From an uncultured Clostridia bacterium (GTDB lineage: Bacteria; Bacillota; Clostridia; Christensenellales; CAG-917), in assembly GCA_947629635.1 (NCBI GenBank), contig CANREO010000003.1, forward strand, positions 1 through 35,790: DNA of 35,790 nt, given 5' to 3'. The position numbers and the translations under genes are program-made. Position 1 is the stretch's first letter; the number at the start of each line of letters is the position of its first letter. Under the pieces are notes generated by a model. It searched no databases. It was not told the DNA's origin and saw only the letters and a list, made by a program, of their open reading frames with translations. Below, piece by piece: positions 26,313 to 34,217 of this stretch.

Positions 26313-26924
26313 ATGTTTTCCAAGAAGCACAAAATACGCTCTATATTGTTTGCATTATCTATAGCCCTCATACTTTTGGGCATACTTTTTCTTGTCAACG
26401 CAATGGGCGCGGCGCGCATTTTCCCCGCCTTCTACGATATAAAAAACGTACTTGCAAAGTACATAGTCGTCATTGTCACGATGGCGTGCGGTATAATGCT
26501 CTTTTCCAACCTCGCCTCGCAGGTTGAGCAGGATAAATTGAGGAATGGGCTTACTATAGGCATAACTACTTTTTCCACTATACTCACGGTGCCGCTTGTG
26601 TACGTATTTATCGCGATCTTTCCTGCCAAGGCAAACGGCAAGATAGGGCCGGTGGGCAGAGTGATGGCATTGGACAAGATCTTGGAAGGCTTTGAAGAAT
26701 GGTTTGGCAACGGCGCGTTTTTATATGTAGTATTGGCGTTTATGCTCATCTTGTCTTTGATATTTATTGCTTTTCCGCTTGTCACGGGGATATTTACCGT
26801 TAAAGGCAAAACAATCGCCATAGGCAAAAACCCCGATACGGGGAAGTTTGGCATATACCTTGCGCCGCTCCCCGTGATCGCAAAGCGCGAAAGCGTACAA
26901 TCTACGGTGGAATACAAAAAATAA
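26313..26924 (+). CDS. 4-TM membrane protein of unknown function
   Basis: 203-aa hydrophobic ORF; AAGGGG RBS; own promoter-like TTGCAA-16-TATTAT at 26258-26285. Confidence 0.8.
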   Translation: MFSKKHKIRSILFALSIALILLGILFLVNAMGAARIFPAFYDIKNVLAKYIVVIVTMACGIMLFSNLASQVEQDKLRNGLTIGITTFSTILTVPLVYVFIAIFPAKANGKIGPVGRVMALDKILEGFEEWFGNGAFLYVVLAFMLILSLIFIAFPLVTGIFTVKGKTIAIGKNPDTGKFGIYLAPLPVIAKRESVQSTVEYKK

Positions 26925-26967
26925 GCGTGTCGATTTAAACGCGCTTTAATTTAACTAAAAACATTAT

Positions 26968-26999
26968 AAAAACCGAAAGATAATGATCTTCGGTTTTTT
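26968..26999. terminator. bidirectional terminator
   Basis: AAAAACCGAA(A)GAT-AATG-ATCTTCGGTTTTT between convergent genes. Confidence 0.75.
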
Positions 27000-27042
27000 A
27001 TTTGGGTTTTAGCGTCTAAAATTTGTGAAAAACGGATAGAAC

Positions 27043-28254
27043 TTAATATTTTACAAGCAAGTCTCCCGGCAAAAGTGAATAGGGGCAGGGCAAGATATAG
27101 CGTCGTTGCACGAGCAGAGCGTCGTCCGTAGTTTCTCCGCTGTCTTTAATAGATATTGCAGTCACGGCGAACTCTTTTCCGTCCGCGCCTTCATTGGGCG
27201 ACAAAACGGTCAATATGTCGCCGACGCGAAAACGATTGCGCATTTCTACGGCGATGAGCCCATTGTGATATTCTTCTACAATGGCAATAAATTTTGCCTT
27301 TTCCTCGAGTTTGGATACGTTTTCGCTGATAGTCTCAATATTTTCGCCGTCGAAATAGGCATTTGTATAAGGCCTATGGGAAATCGTTTCCAACGCGGCT
27401 TCCAATCTATCGAGGTTTTGTATTTTACCGGTTTGCAGGTAGCTGTCTATTGCGCGACGATAAGTTTTTGCAACCGTGGCGATATAAAATTCGCTCTTCA
27501 TGCGCCCCTCTACTTTGAATGAAGTCAAGCCTGCGTCAATAAGCGCGGGCACGCGAGACAGCAAGTTCAGGTCGCGACTGTTCATAAAATATGTGCCGCG
27601 CGCGTCTTGTTCAACGTCAAGCGGCTTGTCGGGTTGCTTGTCTTCGGCAATGCGATATCCCCATCTGCAAGGCTGTATACATTCGCCCCTGTTGGCGCTC
27701 CTGCCCGAAAAATACGTGGATAGCAGACATCTGCCGCTATAGCTAACGCACATGGCGCCATGCACAAACGCCTCAAATTCCATTTGGGGGACGGCGGAGC
27801 GTATTGCCATAATCTCTTCCAGGCTCAACTCTCTTCCGAGCACCGTGCGTTTTACGCCTTGTTCCAACCAAAAGCGTACTGCACGGCTGTTTAGAGTATT
27901 TGCCTGTGTGGAAAGATGGATATCGAGATTCGGAGCGACTTCGCGGCAGAGGGAGAGAAGCCCGACGTCCGAGACGATGACTCCGTCCGCGCCAATCCGC
28001 GCCAAAAATACAATATAATTGCGTGCTGCAAGTATGTCGGCGTCCCGTGCGAAAATATTTACGGTCACATAGATTTTTTTGCCCAGCGAATGAGCGTATT
28101 CGACACCGCTTCGTATGTCCTCGTCCGAAAAGTTGTCCGCAAATGCGCGCAAAGAAAAAGCTTTGCCGCCGATATATACAGCGTCGGCACCAAAGTGAAA
28201 AGCGGTTTTCAATTTTTTGAGATTGCCTGCGGGCAAAAGAAGTTCGCAACTCAT
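27043..28254 (-). CDS. peptidase U32 family protein (TrhP-like tRNA hydroxylation protein)
   Basis: ELLLPAG, GADAVYIGG, HLSTQAN, EAFVHGAMCVSYSGRCLLS...NRGECIQPCR (Fe-S Cys), KVEGRMKS. Confidence 0.88.
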   Translation of the reverse strand: MSCELLLPAGNLKKLKTAFHFGADAVYIGGKAFSLRAFADNFSDEDIRSGVEYAHSLGKKIYVTVNIFARDADILAARNYIVFLARIGADGVIVSDVGLLSLCREVAPNLDIHLSTQANTLNSRAVRFWLEQGVKRTVLGRELSLEEIMAIRSAVPQMEFEAFVHGAMCVSYSGRCLLSTYFSGRSANRGECIQPCRWGYRIAEDKQPDKPLDVEQDARGTYFMNSRDLNLLSRVPALIDAGLTSFKVEGRMKSEFYIATVAKTYRRAIDSYLQTGKIQNLDRLEAALETISHRPYTNAYFDGENIETISENVSKLEEKAKFIAIVEEYHNGLIAVEMRNRFRVGDILTVLSPNEGADGKEFAVTAISIKDSGETTDDALLVQRRYILPCPYSLLPGDLLVKY

Positions 28255-28302
28255 AATTTATCGTGTTAGAATGCGCAAATCCTCGCATAAGCAGAGGGAT
28301 CG

Positions 28303-29748
28303 TCAATAGCTTTTTGCAAAATATACGACCTTAGTGGCAGGTTTTTTGCAGCACACGCAGACATCGCCAACGGGCGTTTGATCAAAAGGCATTACGCGAG
28401 TTGTGGCGGCAAGTTCCTCTTTGATTTTGTCCTCGCATTCGCGACAACCGCACCACATCGCCTTGACGAAGTTTTTATTGTCGAGGGCGGTCTTCATTTC
28501 TTCCATATCGCCGCAAACGCATATGTGCGAGTGCAAAAATTCTCGGGACATCTCATACAAATTTTCATGTATATCGTCCAAAAGTTTCGGAATCTCCGTT
28601 TCGAGGGCGTCCAAAGCTACCGGGATCTTTTCGAGCGTGTCGCGGCGGACGGCCATTGCCTGTCCGTTTTCTATATCGCGCGGACCGATCTCCAGTCTGA
28701 TGGGCACGCCCTTCATCTCCCATTCGTTATATTTCCATCCCGGGGATTGATCTCTGTCGTCAAGCTCTACGCGCACGCCTGCTTTTTTAAGGCGGTCGGA
28801 GACCTCGATTGCTTTTTGGAGTACTCCGTCCTTATGGAAGGCAACAGGCACTATGACCGTCTGTACGGGGGCCACGCGCGGAGGTAACTTTAGCCCACGT
28901 TGATCGCCGTGCGCCATTATAAGAGCTCCTATAAGTCGCGTAGACACGCCCCAACTGGTTTGATATGGGTTTTTCAATTGCCCGTCGCGGTCGAGATATT
29001 TGATCTCAAATGCGGAAGCAAAGTTTTTGCCGAGATAGTGTGAAGTGCCTGCTTGCAAAGATTTGCCGTCCAACATCATTGCCTCCATCGCATATGTATC
29101 GACGGCGCCGGCAAATTTTTCTTTTTCCGTTTTGACGCCTGTCAGCACGTCAATTGCAAGCACGTTTTGCATGAACTCTCTGTACAATTCGAGCATTTTG
29201 AGAGTTTCTTCTCTCGCTTCCTCTTCGGAGCAATGCAAAGTGTGCCCTTCCTGCCACAAAAATTCGCTGGTCCTGAGGAAGGGACGCGTTGTTTTTTCCC
29301 ACCGGACAACGTTTGCCCATTGATTTATAAGCAGCGGCAGGTCGCGATAGCTTTGCACCCATTTTGAATACATGGAGCAAATAATTGTCTCCGAAGTCGG
29401 ACGAACGACAAGTTTCTCTTCAAGCGGCGTATCGCCGATGTGCGTGACAAGAGCGACTTCGGGCGCGAAGCCTTCCACGTGCTCAGCCTCTTTTACCAGA
29501 AAGCTATAGGGAATAAACATGGGAAAGTATGCGTTTTTGTGCCCCGTGGCTTTAAAGCGCTTGTTTAATTCCTCTTGTATATGCTCCCAGATCTCATAGC
29601 CGTAGGGACGAATGACCATGGTGCCTTTGACGGGACCGTAGTCTACAAGCTGAGTCTTTAAGATGACGTCGGTGTACCATTGAGGAAAATCCTCGTTCAT
29701 ATCCGCGATTTCTTTTACAAATTGTTTGTCCTTAAGCTCTTTTGCCAT
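28303..29748 (-). CDS. proS: proline--tRNA ligase, archaeal/eukaryotic-like type without INS domain
   Basis: EAEHVEGFAPE, RPTSET, QWANVVRWE, PFLRTSEFLWQEGHT, TSWGVSTR, C-terminal Zn domain ending FAKSY. Confidence 0.97.
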   Translation of the reverse strand: MAKELKDKQFVKEIADMNEDFPQWYTDVILKTQLVDYGPVKGTMVIRPYGYEIWEHIQEELNKRFKATGHKNAYFPMFIPYSFLVKEAEHVEGFAPEVALVTHIGDTPLEEKLVVRPTSETIICSMYSKWVQSYRDLPLLINQWANVVRWEKTTRPFLRTSEFLWQEGHTLHCSEEEAREETLKMLELYREFMQNVLAIDVLTGVKTEKEKFAGAVDTYAMEAMMLDGKSLQAGTSHYLGKNFASAFEIKYLDRDGQLKNPYQTSWGVSTRLIGALIMAHGDQRGLKLPPRVAPVQTVIVPVAFHKDGVLQKAIEVSDRLKKAGVRVELDDRDQSPGWKYNEWEMKGVPIRLEIGPRDIENGQAMAVRRDTLEKIPVALDALETEIPKLLDDIHENLYEMSREFLHSHICVCGDMEEMKTALDNKNFVKAMWCGCRECEDKIKEELAATTRVMPFDQTPVGDVCVCCKKPATKVVYFAKSY

Positions 29749-29871
29749 ATAGCCTCTCTATAATATATATAATTAGTTTTTTACAGACATCTATATTATA
29801 AATCTCAAATATTCTATCACGGCGACGGAATTTATGCAACTGCCGATATACATATTGTTTCGATTCGCAAT

Positions 29872-29896
29872 AAAAAAACCTGCCCTTTCGGGCAGG
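29872..29896 (-). terminator. intrinsic terminator after the PH-domain gene
   Basis: CCTGCCC-GAAA-GGGCAGG-TTTTTTT on the minus strand. Confidence 0.9.
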
Positions 29897-29926
29897 AAAT
29901 AGAAAAGGGATGGATACATGTCTTCT

Positions 29927-30343
29927 TTAGTTGTTTTTGATTGCGGAAGCCATAGCTTGAGCCATTTGAGCGGCCTGCGCCTTTGTTTTTTCTTCCTCAA
30001 AGATATCCATTTGATTGAACACCGCAGTCTTGAACTCTTCCGCTTTTTTGATGCCATAGAAAGCGATCTTGTCCTCAGAACCCGCAGTTTCAACCTTTAT
30101 GGTGCCGTATTTGAAAATTTTGCCAAAGAAACCGCTGGAAACGCTGACATTTTGTATCTTGTTGAGGGGAGCATTGAGCGCCTTTGTGCGAATAAAACCT
30201 GCCTTACCGATTACACTCTTATTTGTGAGCGCGATCTCATTTGTAAAAAACAGGATAGGATGAGAAAAGAAAGTCAAAAAGTGCTTTTTTGCCTTCAGAA
30301 CCACTGTCTCATTGCGACCCAAGTGTTTGTCTACATAACTCAT
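29927..30343 (-). CDS. bacterial PH-domain (bPH_2-like) protein
   Basis: LTNKSVIGKAGF...PLNKIQNVSVSSGFFGKIFKYGTIKVETAG; GGAGG RBS; start MSYV. Confidence 0.78.
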   Translation of the reverse strand: MSYVDKHLGRNETVVLKAKKHFLTFFSHPILFFTNEIALTNKSVIGKAGFIRTKALNAPLNKIQNVSVSSGFFGKIFKYGTIKVETAGSEDKIAFYGIKKAEEFKTAVFNQMDIFEEEKTKAQAAQMAQAMASAIKNN

Positions 30344-30375
30344 TTGTTTGAATCCTCCATATGTTTTGTACATAC

Positions 30376-30404
30376 ATTATAATGTAAGAATTCTTAAATG
30401 TCAA
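30376..30404 (-). promoter_or_regulatory. perfect-consensus sigma-A promoter for the PH-domain gene
   Basis: TTGACA-17bp-TATAAT. Confidence 0.9.
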
Positions 30405-30425
30405 CTTATAAATTAAGAATTCTTA
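30385..30425. promoter_or_regulatory. two identical palindromic operators TAAGAATTCTTA (30385-30396, 30414-30425)
   Basis: Perfect 12-bp palindrome present twice between the divergent PH and XRE genes. Confidence 0.8.
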
Positions 30426-30437
30426 TATTTTGATTAT

Positions 30438-30644
30438 ATGAGAAACAATGTGATCGGAGAAGCAATTAAAAGCAATAGACTGGCCCAACATATGACGCAA
30501 AAACAGCTTGCGGCAAAGATAGGGGCTACGCATGCGGCAATCAGCTATTGGGAAAATGGAGTGAACATCCCCAACGTTCGCGATTGCTGGAAAATCGCCG
30601 ATGTTTTTCAAATATCATTGGACGAGCTTGTCGGCAGGGGTTGA
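30438..30644 (+). CDS. XRE/Cro-CI family HTH regulator (68 aa)
   Basis: MTQKQLAAKIGATHAAISYWENGVNIP...IADVFQISLDELVG. Confidence 0.9.
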   Translation: MRNNVIGEAIKSNRLAQHMTQKQLAAKIGATHAAISYWENGVNIPNVRDCWKIADVFQISLDELVGRG

Positions 30645-30773
30645 AGGAGATTGCGCCAAGCGAGAGAGCGCGGCGCGAAACAGTGGCGCGCCCGATATGA
30701 GAAAGACAAACGAATTTGGGCAAAATGAAAGCGACGCCGTTTGGCGCCGCCGTAGTAGCTAAAGAGCGGAAAA

Positions 30774-31226
30774 TCATAGATCCTCTTCCTCTTCTTCCTC
30801 TTCGTCTATATCCTCGATGTCGTCTATATTGCCTATTTCTTCAAAATCGTCGGACTGAGCTTCTTCCTCTTCGAAGTCTTCTTCCTCCTCTTCTTGAAGT
30901 TGGGAGAGAGAAACTTCGCCGTCTTCTTCCGCAATCGGCTCATCGTCGACGTAGTCCTGCCAATCGTCGCCCTCCTCGGACTCTTTATCAATGTTCTTTT
31001 GGGCTTGTTCGGCGCGACAAGTAGCGCAAATATCCTCATCTGCTTCAAGATAGTTGACCTTGCAGACGGGACAGATCCTGTCTTCGAGGATAAATTCATC
31101 CTCATCGTCTTCCAGCAAACTTATTGTGCTTGCCTTGCCCAATTCGGCCTTGCACACTTCGCAAAGCTCTTCTTTTTCATTTATCCAATTCAGCTCACAG
31201 CGTGGACATTTTTTATATTTTCCCAT
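30774..31226 (-). CDS. small acidic protein with two tandem 4-Cys Zn-ribbon-like repeats
   Basis: CPRCELNWINEKEELCEVC and CPVCKVNYLEADEDICATC; D/E-rich tail; GAGGT RBS. Confidence 0.8.
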   Translation of the reverse strand: MGKYKKCPRCELNWINEKEELCEVCKAELGKASTISLLEDDEDEFILEDRICPVCKVNYLEADEDICATCRAEQAQKNIDKESEEGDDWQDYVDDEPIAEEDGEVSLSQLQEEEEEDFEEEEAQSDDFEEIGNIDDIEDIDEEEEEEEDL

Positions 31227-31573
31227 TTACACCTCTGTACGGATTGGCTTTCATATATTATATTTATATATAACCATTCTGTAAACTGATTTTTTGCATT
31301 TTTTGCAAAAAAATTCAATCGGCTCTATCTTGTAGCGATTAGTCGACGATTTTCAACATATTGTGGTTTGAAAAAATGGTGAAAATAATTATTGAAAATC
31401 TTTCAAAAAAGGCTTAAAATACGCTCGAATTGACAGAAATATAAAGAATTCACCTGTACATAATTGAATAAGACAAATGTTAAAAAATTACGACAAAATA
31501 CGATTTTTTTACCGTATTTTTGCCCCAAACCAAAAATTTATAATATGCTATCATTTGTTTGCGGAGGAATCCT

Positions 31574-32323
31574 ATGAATAAAACAATTTTGATTGCTGAT
31601 GACAATGTTGCCCTATGTACGAGCCTCAAAGAGTTTTTTGAGACAAAGGATGGGTATGAAGTAGTAGGCGTCGCGCACAACGGCGTCAGCGCTCTCGACC
31701 AGATCGAAAATCTGCGCCCCGATTTTATTTTGCTCGACATCGTTATGCCGGAGCTTGACGGATTCGGAGTGCTCAGCGCGCTTGAAAGTAAAAAGTCGGT
31801 GGTAATTATGATGTCGCAGCTTGCGACGGACGGATTCGTGCAAAAGGCGATGCAATATGGAGCAAGTTATTTCCTCGCCAAGCCTTTTGACTTCGGCATG
31901 GCACAGAAACTGTTGGACGAATTGTCGTCGCCGTCTATGGCGCCTCAAAAGCCTACGGCCGTGACCAAACGTAACAAGTCTTTGGATGAGAAGATATCGA
32001 ATCTTTTTATTTCGGTCGGTATTCCGGCGCATATCAAAGGATACCAGTTTTTGAGAGAAGCGATCAAGATGACCATCGAAACGCCCGACATCATAAATTC
32101 AATCACAAAGCGGCTGTATCCCAGCATTGCCGATTTATATCAGACTTCGCCGTCGAAAGTGGAGCGCGCGATCAGACATGCCATAGAGGTGGCCTGGAAC
32201 AGAGGTAAGATCGAAAATATCAACAACGTTTTCGGCATCAAAATATATTCTCCGAACGAGAAACCCACGAACGGCGAATTTATCGCCCTAATAGCGGACA
32301 AATTGCTGTTGGAGTCCGCATAA
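31574..32323 (+). CDS. spo0A: sporulation master regulator Spo0A
   Basis: Receiver domain (ADDN, LDIVMP, KPF) plus GIPAHIKGYQFLREAI...TKRLYP...PSKVERAIRHAIEVAWNRG...KPTNGEFIA; GGAGG RBS. Confidence 0.97.
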   Translation: MNKTILIADDNVALCTSLKEFFETKDGYEVVGVAHNGVSALDQIENLRPDFILLDIVMPELDGFGVLSALESKKSVVIMMSQLATDGFVQKAMQYGASYFLAKPFDFGMAQKLLDELSSPSMAPQKPTAVTKRNKSLDEKISNLFISVGIPAHIKGYQFLREAIKMTIETPDIINSITKRLYPSIADLYQTSPSKVERAIRHAIEVAWNRGKIENINNVFGIKIYSPNEKPTNGEFIALIADKLLLESA

Positions 32324-32367
32324 AACGCAAGTCCATCGGGACCTTCCATCTTTTCCCCTTTTATCCA

Positions 32368-32401
32368 AAGACAAAGGCGTCTCAAAGGACGCCTTTGTCT
32401 T
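32368..32401. terminator. terminator between spo0A and the HAD gene
   Basis: 14-bp stem AAGACAAAGGCGTC-TCAAAG-GACGCCTTTGTCTT. Confidence 0.8.
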
Positions 32402-32415
32402 GTTGCGCAAATGTA

Positions 32416-33090
32416 TCAAAGCACGATTTTTACATCGGCGATTTTGTCAATGATCATGTCCGCTTCGTCACCCTTATACGGGATTTTGTCGTGATTGTAC
32501 CAGCACGTCCTAATGCCATATGCCCTTGCTCCGCGGATGTCGGCGTTGAGAGAGTCGCCTATCATCACCGTTTCGTCGGGCGTGACGTCGGGGAGAAGGG
32601 CGAAGCATGCGTCGAAAAATTCTCTTTGCGGCTTCGGATGGCCTATCTCTTCCGAGATGAAAAATTTTTCGATATACTGCAGCATATTTGCCTTTTCCAT
32701 ACGAAGTGGCTGTTGGCAGGTCGGCGCATTGCTTGCCACGCATACGCGATATTTGGACGCAAGATATTTGAGCGCGTCCGCGGCGCCGTCTATGGGTATA
32801 GCGCTGACATTGAGAAAATCATGGAAGCGAGTCTCAAAAGCCGCGCCGTCAACATCTATGCAAAACATGCCGAACACGTTGACCCATCTGACGTCAAACA
32901 GCTCTCCTTTTGTAATTTCGCCGTTTTCCAGTCGATGCCAAAGCCCCTTGTTTATTTTTTTGAAAGCGTCAAACATTTCCGGTTTGAACGTTATCCCAAA
33001 ATCGAGACAGGTATTGAGCATGGCGTCTTCGGAGCATTTGTCGAAGTCAAGCAGAGTATTGTCTACGTCAATGAAAATCACTTTTGTCAT
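32416..33090 (-). CDS. HAD-family hydrolase (YjjG-like nucleotidase)
   Basis: FIDVDNTLLDF, ASN, FISEEIGHPKP, MIGDSLNADIRGA; start MTKV. Confidence 0.88.
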   Translation of the reverse strand: MTKVIFIDVDNTLLDFDKCSEDAMLNTCLDFGITFKPEMFDAFKKINKGLWHRLENGEITKGELFDVRWVNVFGMFCIDVDGAAFETRFHDFLNVSAIPIDGAADALKYLASKYRVCVASNAPTCQQPLRMEKANMLQYIEKFFISEEIGHPKPQREFFDACFALLPDVTPDETVMIGDSLNADIRGARAYGIRTCWYNHDKIPYKGDEADMIIDKIADVKIVL

Positions 33091-33096
33091 GATTTC

Positions 33097-33125
33097 ATTA
33101 TATGTAAAAACGTTGTCGTGGGCAA
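33097..33125 (-). promoter_or_regulatory. sigma-A promoter for the HAD gene (leaderless geometry)
   Basis: TTGCCC-17bp-TATAAT; 6 nt to ATG; no SD. Confidence 0.72.
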
Positions 33126-33198
33126 GCAATATTTGCGGAACATGGTTCAAGCAATACGGATCTGACTATGCGGCAACAAACGGCCGCGCTCGCATTAT

Positions 33199-33228
33199 AA
33201 AAAAAGACCGAAGCAAGAAGCTTCGGCC
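33199..33228 (-). terminator. intrinsic terminator after the trxB-like gene
   Basis: GGCCGAAGC-TTCTT-GCTTCGGTC-TTTTTTT. Confidence 0.85.
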
Positions 33229-33232
33229 GATA

Positions 33233-34162
33233 TCATTTTTCCGCATTTATTTTATCGACGTAAGCGCAAGCGGCATAGGCTGCTACAGTCCCATCGGCGG
33301 CGGCAGTCGTCAATTGCCGTATCTTCTTTGTGCGGCAGTCGCCCGCGGCAAATACGCCATCACAGGAAGTGACGCAACTTTCGTCGGCAATCACGTAGCC
33401 CTTGTCGTCCAAATTGACGAGTTCCTTAAAAGGAGCATTTTGCGGGATCTGTCCGACGCAAATAAAAGCGCATTTGCAATCGACAAAATGCTCGGTATGC
33501 GTTTTGGTGTTTTCGAAACGCAATCCCGAAAGTTCGTCTGTGCCCAAAAATTCTTTAAGTTCGATTTCGTAAGTAATGTCAACGTTGTCGCGCGCTTTTA
33601 CAAGATCGACAAGAGCTTTGTCCGCAAACAATCTGTCAAACAGCGCGCATATGTGCACACTCTTGCAATAGCCTGACAGCAAGAGCGCATATTGCAACGC
33701 GGTATTGGCGTCTCCTATGACCGCGACGTCCTCGTCTTTATAAAACGCACCGTCGCACAGCGCGCAATAGCTGACGCCTTTGCCCGTCAACTCTTCTTCT
33801 CGCGCGACGCCGATATGGCGGTGTTTGCAGCCTGTGGCAAGAATAAGCGAAGTACATTCATAAGTTGCATAATCCGTAGTTACAACAAACTTTTTGCCGG
33901 TTTTAACTGCCGATTTTGCGTTTTCAAGTTCGATATCCGCACCCCAGTCGACGATTTGTTCGTACAGTTTGTCCATGATTTCCGCGCCTGCGGTCTGCTT
34001 GTATGAGGGAAAGTTTTCCACTCTCGGAGAGAGCGCTATTTGTCCGCCGAAGGTATCGCTTTCAAGCACAAGCACGCTTTTGCCGGCTCTCAGACAATTG
34101 AGCGCGGCGGTCATGCCGGCAGGGCCGGCGCCAATAATGATAATGTCGTATTTCAGTGACAT
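33233..34162 (-). CDS. trxB: thioredoxin reductase-like flavoprotein with altered NADPH-binding motifs
   Basis: IIGAGPAG, GGQ, VENFP, ATG, GVSYCALCDG, GVFAAGD, QLTTAAADG. Confidence 0.85.
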   Translation of the reverse strand: MSLKYDIIIIGAGPAGMTAALNCLRAGKSVLVLESDTFGGQIALSPRVENFPSYKQTAGAEIMDKLYEQIVDWGADIELENAKSAVKTGKKFVVTTDYATYECTSLILATGCKHRHIGVAREEELTGKGVSYCALCDGAFYKDEDVAVIGDANTALQYALLLSGYCKSVHICALFDRLFADKALVDLVKARDNVDITYEIELKEFLGTDELSGLRFENTKTHTEHFVDCKCAFICVGQIPQNAPFKELVNLDDKGYVIADESCVTSCDGVFAAGDCRTKKIRQLTTAAADGTVAAYAACAYVDKINAEK

Positions 34163-34176
34163 GGGTGCTCCTTATT

Positions 34177-34209
34177 AAACAGAGGACGGGTTGTGCCCGT
34201 CCTCTGTTT
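34177..34209. terminator. perfect 14-bp hairpin between nrdD and trxB (terminator or mRNA stability element)
   Basis: AAACAGAGGACGGG-TTGTG-CCCGTCCTCTGTTT. Confidence 0.6.
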
Positions 34210-34217
34210 GATGGGTT

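Noticed and set aside
29749-29870. T-box riboswitch upstream of proS
   Set aside because: Only about 120 bp available, with no T-box motif or antiterminator; the hairpin at 29872-29896 belongs to the PH gene.
29927-30644. Prophage or ICE remnant
   Set aside because: Only an XRE and a PH gene; no integrase, att repeats or structural genes.
32495-33676. 393-aa plus-strand ORF
   Set aside because: Antisense to the HAD and trxB genes, crosses a terminator, and has no motifs.
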